The notes beneath the pieces are model-generated. The model was not told the origin of the DNA, ran no database searches, and was given only the letters and a program-made list of their open reading frames with translations. Position numbers and translations under genes: made by a program. This document shows positions 26,675 through 41,100 of a stretch of 64,000 nucleotides of DNA, piece by piece. The DNA comes from Octopus vulgaris (lineage: Eukaryota): assembly GCA_951406725.2 (NCBI GenBank), contig OX597821.1, positions 62,682,001 to 62,746,000 on the forward strand, read 5' to 3'. The first letter of the stretch is position 1. Each line of letters begins with the position of its first letter.

Positions 26675-27877
26675 CATACATGCACACACACATGCATACA
26701 TGCATACATGCATACATACATACATACATACATACATACATACATACATACATACATACATGTAATTAGCACAAAAGCTGTGAAAGTCGGTTTCAATTAT
26801 TTTGCAGTACAAGTTGTATATAACGAAATCATATTTGTTCATCATAACTACGTAAAAAAGATTTGCACTGATATATGGTTGTGCGTGTATGAATGCATGT
26901 ATATGTATGTGTGTATGTTCGTATGTGCGCATGTATGTAAGCATGTATGTATAGGTACACGTGTACAATCATATTGAACACGAATCCCTGGAAGTCGAAA
27001 GACCTATCCCTGCAGAACTTTTATCAGTCGATATAATTCCTCGTTTTCAGATGTGAAAATCTATTAGGCTGTGAATTTATGTCATCAAATTTATGCGGGT
27101 CTAGTTTGTATATTCACACCTGACCAAGATTTACGCTCACCAACAAATCATTTAGTCACTCTCTTTCTCTGTATGAACTATCGACATTTTATGGCTAAAA
27201 TGGAAGGATTCAGTATTCGTAGCTAACGACATGCAACAAGGCATAAACGTATGTGCCTAACTATCCGATGACGTCAGTTATACCACACAGCGATTGCAGA
27301 TATATTCTATGTGGGATAGAATTTCTTGAGAACATTTCCGCAGCGAAATTTGTTCCAGTTTTTGTGTGCAAAGATAGGTGTTAACTATCACTGCACATGC
27401 GTATATTTTCTTAGAAGGTATTGTTTGAGTCACTGATACTCACACTTTTAGCTTGCAGAGAAATAATTAGATGAAGGTGTGGATATAATTCACATACTGT
27501 CAAGATATATACAATATGTCATTAATCAACGTATGTGTGTGTATGTTTGTGTGTGTGTATTCTTATGCTTGGGCTTGCGTACATATGTATATGGCTGTAT
27601 ATCATATGAAGGTCTTGGCAGATTTGGAACTAAGAACGTAAAAACGGATGAAATGTTGTTAAGGATTTTGTCCGGCATACTAGCCATTCTGATAGCTCAC
27701 CACCTTATATATCAGGTTCAGTATGAAGTAAACAACGTTTTGAACTGCCAAGTATTTGTACCGGAATTTTACAGAATTCTGAAATTTTTTGCAATTGTTT
27801 GATGATACAGTCATAGACTCGCCAAAATGCATCAATAAATTAACATTTTTTTTTTACCGTTCTTACAATCATCTCAA

Positions 27878-28848
27878 ATGGAACTGTCAAATCTCGATGT
27901 TCGAGCAATTTTGCTATTCAGCTTCAAAACAAAACGCCAAGCAGTTGAAATATCTTGCGCTATCAACATTTGGTGAGGAAATGACCAGTGAGTGGTCAAC
28001 TCGAAAATGATTTAAACGATTCCGTAGTGAAGACCTAAGACTTGAAGTTCATGAGCGTATTGGGCACACATCTGTCATTGATGACGGTCAATTAAAGACT
28101 GTCATTGAGAAAGATCCACGTAAAATCACTCGAGAAGTGGCGAAAGAAATTCAAGTTATCCAGAATACTGCTTGCAACCATTTGCATGCGATCGGAAAAT
28201 AAAAAAAGGCTCGACAAATGGGTACCACACGATTTGAAAATGCGCAGATATGAAATTTACTCATCGCTTCTTCTCAGTAACCAAACTGATGCAATTTTTG
28301 GCCGTATTTTAACTTTTAACGTTTTTCACAGTGGCTGTAACAGAATGAAGGACCGAAAACATTCCCTTAACCCAAGCTCTTCAAAAAGAAGCTTATGGTG
28401 ACTGTTTTTGGTGTACTTCTGAACTCATCCACTATAACCTCTTAAAACCCGGAGAAACGATTACAACAGAAATATATCGATATGTATGTGCCAAAATGAA
28501 CGAAAATCTGCTAATCCTCGTTCCAGACTGGGCAACAGACGAAGGCCTATCATTCTTCATGACAATGCTCGAACACATTTCACTAATGACGCTCCAAAAG
28601 TTGGCTATGTTGTTCTTCCCAACCCAGCTTACTTTCCAGACCTTTCTCCTGCCGACTACCACGTTTTCAATAACCTCGAGGGATTACTGCGAGAGAACGG
28701 GTTCAAAAATCAAACTGATGCTGAAAGTGTGTTCAAAGTATTCATCAGCTACAGAACTCCAGATTTTTATGTTACCACAATAAACAAACTTGTAACTCGT
28801 TGGCGAAAAATGTGTTGATTGTAATGGTACACATACTTTGATGAATAA
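27878..28848 (+). pseudogene. mariner transposase pseudogene (element spans roughly 27590-28925)
   Basis: Fragments: FKRFRSED..LE..ERIGH, LDKWVPHDL (WVPHEL motif), LLKPGETIT, IILHDNART, PAYFPDLSPADYHVF (YSPDL motif), KLVTRW..CVDCNG. Multiple stops and frameshifts; first catalytic Asp region lost. Confidence 0.92.
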
Positions 28849-28941
28849 AATTTCCGCATTGTTGAAATATATAGTGATAAATTCCATGTCTTAAAACGTT
28901 GCTTAATTTTGCTATAACTATAATAATGAGCCTTCATTTTA

Positions 28942-29042
<101 letters not shown>

Positions 29043-29431
29043 CGTGTGTGTGTGTGTGTGTGTGTGTCTGTGGGTGAGTGTGCGTGTATGTATATATATA
29101 TATATTTATATGTGTGTGTGTGTGTATGTATATATATATATATGTATGGATAGGTATATATATATATGTGTGTGTGTATGAATATGCATGTGTGTATATA
29201 TATATAGAGAGAGAGAGAGTGAGACCGAGAGAAGTAGAGATCTTCGCGTTTGTAAATATGTTTATGAGTATGTGTGTTTATGTGTGCGTGCGTTGTCGTG
29301 TTAGTGCTTTCGATGCTAGAGCCTCTGCCTTATGTGTGAGACCAGTGAAAGAGTAAAAATTCCCGTCAAGCGCTTATTGAATCTATTGTTGATACTTATA
29401 TATTTTATTGATTAGCTGCATGAAACATTAC

Positions 29432-29500
<69 letters not shown>

Positions 29501-29502
29501 TT

Positions 29503-29543
<41 letters not shown>

Positions 29544-29748
29544 TCAGCTTCTATATGTTTGTATATTCAACCTATGAAGATGTCAACAAGCAATGAATAT
29601 ATTGACAATATATCAATGAAAAATTTGTTTTCACTGAAATTGCATCTGACATTTTCATCTAGTCAGAACCCAGACGTTTCAATACCTGACTCTGAAGTTT
29701 ATTTGTTGTACATTTCTTTATATATATACTTTAGATAATTTATTTTAT

Positions 29749-29815
<67 letters not shown>

Positions 29816-31142
29816 TGCTATCTGTGTGTTTTTTTTTCTGTGTTGAAATGTTTCTTCTATTGTAATTGTTGAGTATTGATAACCGATAACTACTTTTAGT
29901 CATTGATAAACTATACTTGATATATGTCTTTTATTAACAACTTATTGACAGAATTCTAAGTCAACAACTCTAGGTTGGAATCCAATTATGCAAAATACGG
30001 AGTATTCGATCAAACCAAAGTACTCAGGAATTATATGAAATAAAAATCATTGCATTTTCATTAAAAAAAAACAGAAATTACGAAGGCGATTTTATTGACT
30101 GATTTTTTAAACTTTAGAAGACAAATTGTTCACTCTTGCTATACATAGTGGCTCAAATAATTTACTGATACGTTGTTGATATTCAATTAAAAATATGTGA
30201 TAGTTCAGGTCGATGAAATAAGTTTCGTTATTAATAATTTTGTTATGTATATGTTTTTACATTGGCGTGTATGTTTATTAATATTTACAATATTTGAATA
30301 GGTTGACAGCAACTTCGAATTTTCGGCTTTTTCGGCGTCATCAGACAGTGAGCACACCGACTATTAGAAGTTACTGTTAACATTGTTTTTTTTGTGAAAC
30401 CTAATAAATAAAGCCTCGAGAAATTCGTTGAGAAATCTTTGAACTGAGTGTTGAACTGTTTTTATATAATAACAAACATTAAACATTAAAACTCTAACAT
30501 TAAAGCTCCTAAAAGCAAACATTGAGGTGTGTGTGTGTGTAAATATTTATGTATGTATGCATTTAATTACATGTATTTCGAATTATATGCGCAAGGAAGT
30601 CTTTCAGGAAAGTATATAATTTAAGCGAGGTTAATTATTTCTATGATAATGTATTAAACGATTTAGTTAGCTTCTTAATACAAACATAATCTCATTTAAT
30701 TTTTAGATGAAAGTTCTCGTTTACAGTGGGGGCTCTTTGTTTTAGCAGTGAAGTAATACTTTGAAGGTATATGCAGTGATTCATAAGTAGCATTTGAGTT
30801 GCCTAGTATCTTAATTGACTTTAAATAATGTTTATTATTTGCCTATCCTGAACATTATATATTACCCAAACGTCTAAAATCTATTTTACACGGCGTTCTT
30901 CTTGGGGCAACATTGCTCAGGTTTAAACTTCATTATAAAGAACTATGGATGAGAATGTATTATGCTGTGTGTCTTTTATTTTCTTAAGACATTAGAATAG
31001 CATTTGAGCGATGGGATGTTGTTTCGAGAATGCGTAGCGACCACATTACTGAATCATCTCTTGGAGTTTTCACTTTGTGTAATTTAGATATACGTGGAGG
31101 AATTCCAACCAAATTTCGTAGTTCGCTAACTCAACAACTCCT

Positions 31143-32760
31143 TTATAGGATCCAGTAGATAAGGTCATCATCAGAAGGAACCACGTCCAGTTTCGGACCC
31201 CATTCCTCTACCGTTTTCCGACATGAAGCTTCCCCTTTTGGAGGTGTCTTTAACTCTGGTATTGAGTGTGATTTATTCTTCTTCGGTTGTTTTGTTTTCC
31301 ATGCAGCGTCAACGAATGTCAGCAGGCATATAAGCATCCTGCCAAATTTCCTTTTTCAATCCGCTCCAACAGCCAGCTCCAGCTATCTGTCTAAGTTTCA
31401 ACAGCCCGCGTCGACTAACTCGCGCGTTGCACAGTCTACTGACAAATGGGGGGGGCACGTAGTTTTGACATGCGCCCTCTGTAGGCCATCCAACAAAGTT
31501 TCAGTACCAGTGGTACAAGCCTTTGAACTATCGGGGAGGTTGATGTGCAATGAGCGAGATGGTTCTCTCGGCCCATCTGTCATGCAGTAATGCTGTTTAA
31601 GTGTCAGCCGGCCTCCCCTGCTATTTCCCAGTCGACATATTCTGGCTTTCGAGCCATTTCGAGTCTTCCTCCTTTCAGTCATATAGAAGCTGGCCTTGTC
31701 GAATGCCTTCTATATCCTCCTTATTACATTTCTCAGTACTGTGATCGAAAATGCAAACCTTCTTTTAAATAACGTCGCCATTTTTCAATGAAGCCCCTAA
31801 CCCCCACTACCAGGTGGTAATGCTCGATAGCCAACCCCTATTGCCCACATACTTCGATTAATCTCTCATACTTCCTCTCCTGTTGCTCTACATTAGTGAT
31901 GTTCTCTTCCCATGGCACTGTCTGCTCTAGCAAAATCCCAATCTTACGTTCTGTGTTCCATAGGATTAAGTCCGTTCCTTTTATTATCAGCGGAAATGTT
32001 CATAGTCTTTACAAATCCACGGCCAGCTCCCAGTATCCTTCCCATCTTTCGTCTGTCTCGCATACTTTTTTTTTAAGTCCTGGTCTTTTCCCCTCCTTCT
32101 GGAAGTATATCCTTTTGGGTATTCCCTCCTATTATATCCCTCGATCTTCTTGAGTGCTTCACTTATGACACCGAGGATTTGGTTGTGACCGCAGGTATAT
32201 TTATCTAATACTAGCCTGCAGTTTCACAGAACATATCTCACCGTAGCTTTCTTCGTCAATTTGTAAGTTCCACCAGAATAAATTGGCCGGTGAAGGTAAA
32301 ACGTCGAAGGTAGACTTCATAAGGAAGGATGTTCTTGCTTGTTCCCAAGCCCAAACTTCCTTCCATGAGATTCTGCGATTGACCACATATTCCTCCCATC
32401 TCAGGCACTGTCCCTGTTGACCACATTGCACCAAATGTACATGTGTTTCTTTGCTTTGCTTCTTATCATTTAAAAAACCTCTATACCATCTGCCGAGACT
32501 TTTTACTGGTTGTTAATTCACCCTTGGTAGTTATTTGCCTTGCTGTTCTGAACTTCACTTCTTTTGGACTCCTTTGACGAATGACACACTTCGAAATTTC
32601 TTGGTTTTGAATTTCATTCTCGCCCACGTTATTAACTCGTTCAACCGCTCTAAAGATCCATCTCATGCTTCTTTATTTTCCGACGATACACTAATATTGT
32701 CCATAAAAGCCCTTAATGGTGTCTTTGTAATAGCTTTCTCTCAATAAAATACAGTAGGAC
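31143..32760 (-). mobile_element. Hero-like (R2 group) non-LTR retrotransposon remnant: RT fragment, REL endonuclease and 3'UTR
   Basis: Minus strand: PLRAFMDN..ERLNELITWARMKFK (RT); QQGQCLRWE..RRISWKEVWAWEQARTSFLMKSTFDVLPSPANL; YTCGHNQIL; DLILWN..ILLEQTVPWEENI..RKYE.L..VGVRGF (REL). These match recalled Hero-clade motifs; stops present. Confidence 0.85.
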
Positions 32761-33216
32761 TTCACAAAAACTTGATTCAGATGACTAAGTATACTAATTT
32801 TATCGAACCGATATTCATAATGGAAATTCATATGTGCTTTCAAACAAACTTGTGTCTACAATAAATTCACAATTATCTCTGATTTTCACAATTATATCCG
32901 CACTGAAATTTTGTTTCAATTAGGTTTAGAAACAGATCAGCTATACGAAGCATCGATCCGAGCTGAATAAGTATCGAAATGTGTATGTGGCTGTGGGTTT
33001 AAGATATTATCATCGCAGTCACGTTGTGCGGTAAATCGGGCAGGATTTTTTATTCAATAAACTCGATTGACCTACAATACAATCTGTTATGAAGAAATGT
33101 CAAATCACAGATATTATGCAAATGATGCAAGAGATAGACTCTGTACAAACACACACACACACACACGCACGCACACACCTGCATGCACACACACACACGC
33201 ACGCACACACATGCAT

Positions 33217-33309
<93 letters not shown>

Positions 33310-33347
33310 AAAAACTGTGTGTATATATATATATATGCGTGAGTGTG

Positions 33348-33391
<44 letters not shown>

Positions 33392-34639
33392 CATGCATAC
33401 ATACATATATACATACATACATACATACATACATACATACATACATACATACACACACACGTATATACATACATATATGTTTAACTGTCGTAAGAGTATT
33501 CGGTCCTATGGTAGTGATTGACAAAATATCTTCGGTCGAATCAGTCACTACTCAGTGTTTTAAGTAAAGATGTACAGGATCTTCCCGTGAGTTCCATAGC
33601 ATATAGCAAATAGCATCCTTGAATATTCTGTACATTTACTGACGAAACACTGAAATACCACGAGACTAACTCGACCGACATCATATGTATGTATATACGT
33701 ATGTGCGTGTGTGTGTGTGTACATGGATAAATGCAGGTTTCTGTGTGTGGTTTGATCAGGAATCATCCAGTGATTTATGCATGTTAGGTTAAATATCCAA
33801 AGAATAATCTCAACTAATATAACATTAGACTGATCAGCATTCGATACGCGAGAATTCATCCATGCGAGTAGTTACGTTCACACAGGATATGCTAAGAAGA
33901 GATGATAGCTAATGTGTTATTGAGGGCGTTGAAGAGCATAAAGATGTCATAAACGAATGGTCCATGCCAGCAATTATTCTTATAGATTAAAAGTTAGCAC
34001 GTCAGCACGTAGCGGCTTGGAATAATGGATGGCTGTTTAATGTGATTCGTGTCAAGAAATTGTCCTTGTTCTGTGATTGGTTGTTAATTAGTAGGGAATC
34101 GCAAATTTTTTTGACAATATCTAGGTGCGGATATGCTTTGATCAATCCAGAACATAAAATACTATGTGGTGATGAGCCTTCTACATAATCTTTACGTTGT
34201 CACTTCGCTGCTGGTACGCAGCCGTAAAATCTTATTCAAATTTGACCTTCCTGATTTTTAACCTAAAGGGCAGATTGCATCATAAATATCCTGCTAGATA
34301 CACTGTTTATCAAAAATAGCAGAGGCTTATGATTTGATTGTTTGTTAGCATAATACTGGGCAATTAAAATTTTTCTATAGATAAGACAGAGATAAAAGAG
34401 ATAAAATAACACCATCATGTTCGATAAAATCTTTTATTTCTTTAATTTTTTTTACTTATTTTAAAATATTTGTGCGTGTTATTGAACGTGTATATCTCTG
34501 AATTGATGTATTCACTGAATATGGGCCTATTGATAACATTTGTTTATTAAGATTAATTATAAAAATGCATATACCGCGCATTATATATATATATAAATAC
34601 ATACATATATGTGTGTGTGTTTGTATGCGTGTGTGTGTT

Positions 34640-34677
<38 letters not shown>

Positions 34678-36801
34678 ATGGTAGGCGAAGCAGAATCACC
34701 TCACAAGTCAGTTTCTTCTCAGTAGAGGTATGAGGAAATAGGCTTATCGTACCTTTGCTTTTAAGAATGTTCGGCATCAAGAATCTCAACAAGTATTGCG
34801 TTGATACAATACTCTCTTCAAGAATATGTGACCTCGTACCAATATTAGAGATCAGTATTATCTGAACATACCAGAAACATTGATAAAGATGACAACGAGT
34901 TAATAAACATGTTGATAACATTTTGATAACATGTTATTAGCGACCGTGAGAGATACACATTTCGCCGTAAATGCAGCTTATCAATATAGTGTACACGTAT
35001 CCCCTCAAAAACAAAATCTACCCCTCTAGCCTGAAGTATATAGATGTAGTGTTATATACACTCTCTACTGATTTGTAATGGTGCAACGTAAACAAAATAA
35101 TTTTGAATTATGTATTGAAAACTACATTTCAAACTGGTAATTACTTTACAGACTCTCTAAGCGCTTCAGACTTGTAGGTTAGATTCTGTATCACAAGAGA
35201 CTCAAGTACACTACATTGATAAGTCACAACTTCGCCGACATAACTTCTGGAGATTTTAACGTTTATTAGTACTTTCTAATCTTTATCAATATTTCTGCAA
35301 TATTAGGATAATACTGATCTCTAGCATTTGTTCAAGGTCACGTATTATTGAGCACAACACTTAATAATAGGCACTTCAATCTCGTAACCCAGAAAATTCT
35401 TGAAAATACATATATTATGATACCATTTCTTTATATCTCTACTGTGAAGAAATATACGCTCATATCTACGTCTATTCGTAATCCACACAATTTCTCTGTC
35501 TGATACGGAGACGATTAAAATCATAAATGCGATAACACACATTATCGATTAGTAGAATTTTGTATAGAAATACGAAATAGATAATAATAGAGTTATGTCA
35601 ATTCCACTTACCTAACCATTATTTCCAATTTCTTTAGTGATGTTTTGGAAGACATAACAAATTGGCTTTTCCGAGATTTATCCTATTACTAGAACATTTG
35701 TAAATATTTTGCTGCTGATTAATAAAAACTCACAAACAGTCGTTTTGCTATTCATATATATTTAGCCATATACTTAACTGAATCAGATTTTCAATTTTCG
35801 TTTCCATTCATGGATAACAAATTACGTATGACATGAAAATTAAACAACATAGATCACATTTACATAGTAACATCTTACTGCAAATTCTGAAACTGTTAAT
35901 CAATATTCGGGATGTATAGAATTTAGTCTTGCATTTATTTTTTTAGATCACCTCCTCAGACCATAGTTTCACATAGTAGTCACTCTCAACTATAGGTCCT
36001 GCAATAATCACATAGACACAATTAACTCTAAAAATGAAAGCAAAAATAGAAAAAGAAACAAGGTTGTGTTAAGTTTCGAGCATGGCTCTTCGTCAGAAAG
36101 AGGATAGAGGGAAAATATCCGGTGAGAAAAAAAGAAGTCTGAGAATTACATGTCTGTTATTACATATGTATATCTTATACATACACACGCGAGTCAATCG
36201 TATTTCATTAGCATTCCATTTAAGTATACTGTAATTATATATTCCATTATAAAACAGAGGACAAACATAACTTGTGGTCACTTCAATAGTGTAATACTGC
36301 ATATCAAAAGAATATGGCTTAAATCTCGTTTCTTGTTGTTTGTCATTGCAATAAGAGAAATATCCCAAAATGTTAGCATTATTATAAGTATATCTATCTG
36401 TTGAAATAAAAATCATTATGCTCGAATTATCCTCCGTCAAAAACACTTTAAAATGTGTAGCCAAAAATATCGTAGCCAATGCTAACATAATCGTGATAAA
36501 ACAATATAGAAGTCTATGAAAATTATGGAAGACTAGACATAGTAATAATTATGCCCTTTTGTTCTTTGAATTTCTCAGAACACAATGTATTATGGAAATA
36601 TTAATCACTATCTAGATTGAGGTACGCACACTCTTATACACACACACATACACACCAATATATATGCATATATATCCAAATATATGTACACGCACACAAA
36701 TACATATGAATCCGTGCGTGCATACGTGCATGCATACGGACATAGATATGCATACGGAAAGACAGAAAGTGTGAGTGCATCTATTTAAATATATCTATCT
36801 A

Positions 36802-36846
<45 letters not shown>

Positions 36847-37522
36847 GCATATAGATAAACAGACAGCTAGACAGACAGACAGACAGACAGACAGACTGAC
36901 AGACAGATAGATAGATAGATAGATTGATAGATAGATAGACATACAGACAGGACAGAGGTCTATGTCTGTGTGAGAAAGTGCATGAGTGAATATATAGAGA
37001 ACTACAAGCCTATATGCACATATGTGCATAATATTCGAAATGTACATTTCAGTTCACGTTTCATTTCATACGTCAATTCCAGTAGGCGACTGAAGCATTA
37101 AGCGAGAAGAACTCAACGGAGAATAATATTATTGGCTGCTCAATCTTGTCTGTTCCAATCAAACCATTTACACGTGAGAAAGCACAAGTTGTTAAATGTT
37201 CTCTTTCATTTTAACTGGGAAGATTGCATTGATCTTTCCTAAAAGAACACATATACAAATGTCTTTTGGTTTTCTCTGTCTATTAATTCTTTCTGTAAAC
37301 AGAATATACAGTATTTATTCAGACAAATTTGTATTTCTTCCACCATCACACCCTTAATACTTATCCATATGTATGTACATTTACTGATCCCTCTGTCATT
37401 CACTAACTCTCTCCCATTCTCTCCCTCCACCCCTCTCTCTCTATATATATATATATGTATGTGTGTGTATGTGTGTAGACTTACAGAGCAATAGATGCAT
37501 AGATACGTATACATGTTCACAC

Positions 37523-37554
<32 letters not shown>

Positions 37555-38183
37555 GCGTGTGTGTGTGTGTGTGTGTGTGTGTGCATGTGCGTGTGTGTTC
37601 ACATTGATGTTCATGTTTACGCAATATGAATTTAAAGACTCCTAAATAGTTTGGGTTTCTTTGTTTGGTTTTTGCATTCGTTTTTCTTAAGACGGAATTC
37701 GGTGTAAATAAGCCTATAAATATTAGGGATTAGAATATGGTACAAAATAACCCCTGCAAAAAAGAAGGCCGTAGGTCTTCGTAAATTTCTATGTATTCTT
37801 GCATATATGCATGTATTTCTACATCTAAATGTAATCAGAATATCTAAGAGTACATTCGCAGTTATATTTGCTTGTTGCTCTATTTACATATCAACTGTGT
37901 CTCTATGTTTATTAAATCATGCATAATTTACCAGTTTATATGTATGTACGGTGTCCACATGCACATTAACATATATGTACACGCATACACACACATTCAA
38001 GTACTCACTTACTAACGTATCATGTGTGTGTGTGTGTTTGTTTGTATTTGAGTGTTGGTATTGTCCTCTAATCTGAGAAAGGTGGCTTTGTAATTTCTTG
38101 GTATACTACTTGCATAAACGATTTTTTTAATAGTGAACAAATAGATGTACTGTACATTAGCCCACTCGCTCCATCAAATCTAC

Positions 38184-38352
38184 TTTGACTGACCAGCACT
38201 GTGTTTACCTCACCGTAACTTAGCGGTTCGGCAAAGGAGAACGATAGAATACGTACTAGGCTTCCAAAGAATAAGTCCTGAGGTCGATTTGCTCGACTAA
38301 AGGCGGTGCTCCAGCATGTCCGCAGTCGAATGACTAAAACGAGTAAAAGAGT
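38184..38352 (+). mobile_element. SINE family D, 3' half
   Basis: CCGTAACTTAGCGGTTCGGCAAA..AATAAGTCCTGAGGTCGATTTGCTCGACTAAAGGCGGTGCTCCAGCATG, near-identical to 58450-58600. Confidence 0.85.
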
Positions 38353-39002
38353 ATACATAAACACCTAATTGTGTGTATGTGTGTGTATTTAAATTTAACT
38401 GAAATGCTCTAGAACACCTGAGTATATTTATGAATTATTTTTCAAACATCGACCTCAGCGTGCATTTTCTTTCCCTTTTATATTTTTAAATATAAATCCT
38501 TCTCTACAGACAAACATCTTCACTATTTACATTCTTCTGCTTCTCTGACGAGACAAAAATATATTCCTTAAATCGAATTACCACCAGCCGTCTTCCCTCA
38601 TACGTTGCTCAATCAACACTAGGTCGATAGAAAGCAATTTCAGTAATGGCATTTAGATTCATTTATTGACTGGGCACTTAGCTTAGTGACAGAGCTAAAC
38701 AAGACGAATCTTCTCTCAGCAAAGGATTCATATGTATGTTTGTATACATTTGTTTTAAGCATTTTTACCTTATTTTATACGTGTGTGCTATATTTCTGAG
38801 AAACTATGCTTACTTTCAAATTGCTTTACATATTGACACACATTTCCGTGCATAATTACAAGTAGTGTTACTTACATGCGTAACCTTGTATGTATGTATA
38901 TACATATGTTTGTGAGTGTGCATGTGTGTGTAGGAGCGCTTATGTATAGACGTATATATGTGTGTATCTATAAATCAATCAATCTATCTGTCTATCAATT
39001 TC

Positions 39003-39064
<62 letters not shown>

Positions 39065-39091
39065 ACTCTCTCTCTCTCTCTCTCTATCTAT

Positions 39092-39145
<54 letters not shown>

Positions 39146-39264
39146 ATACACACACAGGCACATATATAAAAACATATATATTCATTGCGTATCCAAAGGT
39201 ATACATAGCATATGTGATGTGTGTAAACATACGTATATGTGTATTTGCGCTTATGTGTCTGTGC

Positions 39265-39340
<76 letters not shown>

Positions 39341-39813
39341 CTACATACGCAATGAATGTGTTTGAGGTCTCTCCACCACTTCATTACAAATACTTTCAGC
39401 TTCTGTTTGAATTAAATACTTAATGTGAAAACACTTATTGTAACTTTAGCATGAGCAAACGAATCAGCCTTCAAGAAAAACTTATCTGTATGTACGGTAG
39501 TCTTTATAGATTTTTATGCATATACTCGCTCTTTTATATTTCATTGCTGCTTTATTTACCTTTATTCTTCAATTGGTTTTAGGTTTCAGTCGATTACATC
39601 GAACCAAGCAATTAATTTATCTACATTGGATGGATAACAGCAAAGTGTATTGATTTGTACACGTACCTATGACTCTGCGTTGTGTGTGTGTGTGCTGCTA
39701 ATTTTTTCCTCAAATACAAATGTAATTTGCTACATGTGTGTCTACATGTTCATTACTACTACTACTTCTACTACTACTATATATATATATATATAAATAT
39801 AAATTTTCACACC

Positions 39814-39862
39814 GGCTCCGATGAACGGATATATAAAATATCTTGGAAACAGCTGTTAGACC
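39814..39862 (+). ncRNA. Decayed minimal type I hammerhead ribozyme in a probable Penelope pseudo-LTR
   Basis: GGCT-CCGATGA-a-c-GGATAT/ATATCT-tg-GAAA-CAGCTG-TT-AGACC shows core order, helix II, a palindromic helix III and helix I complement. The core CUGAUGA is mutated to CCGAUGA. Confidence 0.55.
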
Positions 39863-40062
39863 TAATTATAAATGTTCTAAAATCTTTCAGAGACTTGTAT
39901 TTTCATCTCATTCTGATTTTTTTTATATATACACATGCTACGTTAGACTCCTCATTCGCATAAGCACTGAACCTGGATCTTTACTATAGTCTCTTCATAG
40001 CACTTACTCAGCATTACCTGACACATTTGGGCCTTATTGACACCATCACCTCTCATAACATA

Positions 40063-40111
<49 letters not shown>

Positions 40112-40899
40112 GCACACAGGCATATATGCAAACGGTTTTATGATGTACATGTTGTTGGCAGACTTTTTTTAACAAAATCCTACGTATTTACATATTTTAT
40201 GTATTCATATATAAAATCCTGACTTGCTTAATGTTCTTGCTATCACTTTTCCGGCTACTTTAGAACGTTAATCAGCTTTTGTCAGAAAAGATAATCCCCT
40301 GCTGGTGCATCAACAGGAGACTATTTTCTATTGTATTCTGCTCTGTCGTTGTAGCTGTCACTGGACTATTTCTACAAAGAGTTGAATCACTTTTGTTATT
40401 CGTTACAAATTAATTCTTGTGGTTTAGATTTGGCCACTAGCATTTCATTCTTAAGTATATCAATATAGAAGCGTATGGCTTCTGAATAGCAATGCACAGG
40501 TAACAAATTTTCTGAGTATACGCCACATTTATGATTACGATTACTAAAGGTCCATTTATGTTGCTGCTCCATAAGTGAGGTATTTTTTTTTTGTTTCTGT
40601 TGAAGTAACCTAATTATTTTTGCGAAGAATTTTACTCATCGTTTTGATAGGACTTCATATTGATTCTGTAACATTACACAAACTTTCGCATCATTGTAGT
40701 GGGTTTGTCGGTGTTAGCTGCAAAAACAATTTCAGTTTTACCTTTTACTCCGTTTACTCTTTAGTTTTTTTGTTCTCTTTCTTCGGGATGCATCTTCTCT
40801 CTCTTAATCGAAATCTGATTCTTTCAATCTCCCTCTCACACAGAGCACACGCATACACACACACATGTAAACATACACAAATATATATAGACATATGTA

Positions 40900-40949
<50 letters not shown>

Positions 40950-40956
<7 letters not shown>

Positions 40957-41027
40957 AGAGCTTCTACAGGACTAGAACTGTTTCATTCAAATGAAACAGT
41001 TCTAGTCCTGTAGAAGCTCCTTCTATA
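40950..41027. repeat. Near-perfect inverted repeat (38-bp arms, 2-nt loop)
   Basis: TATAGAAAGAGCTTCTACAGGACTAGAACTGTTTCATT-CA-AATGAAACAGTTCTAGTCCTGTAGAAGCTCCTTCTATA, one mismatch. Confidence 0.95.
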
Positions 41028-41100
41028 AAATAAATTTATTTACTCTGCTATGTATTGAGTACCTTATTTACTGTGGTTAACCCCGACTCAACCCGGGACC

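Noticed and set aside
36526-36540. TGGAAGACTAG, the 5' end of miR-7
   Set aside because: The match stops after 11 nt and there is no precursor hairpin.
40286-40412. TM-like frame KIIPCWCINRRLFSIVFCSVVVAVTGLFLQ after an AG
   Set aside because: Weak acceptor and no homology; hydrophobic runs are expected from T-rich DNA.
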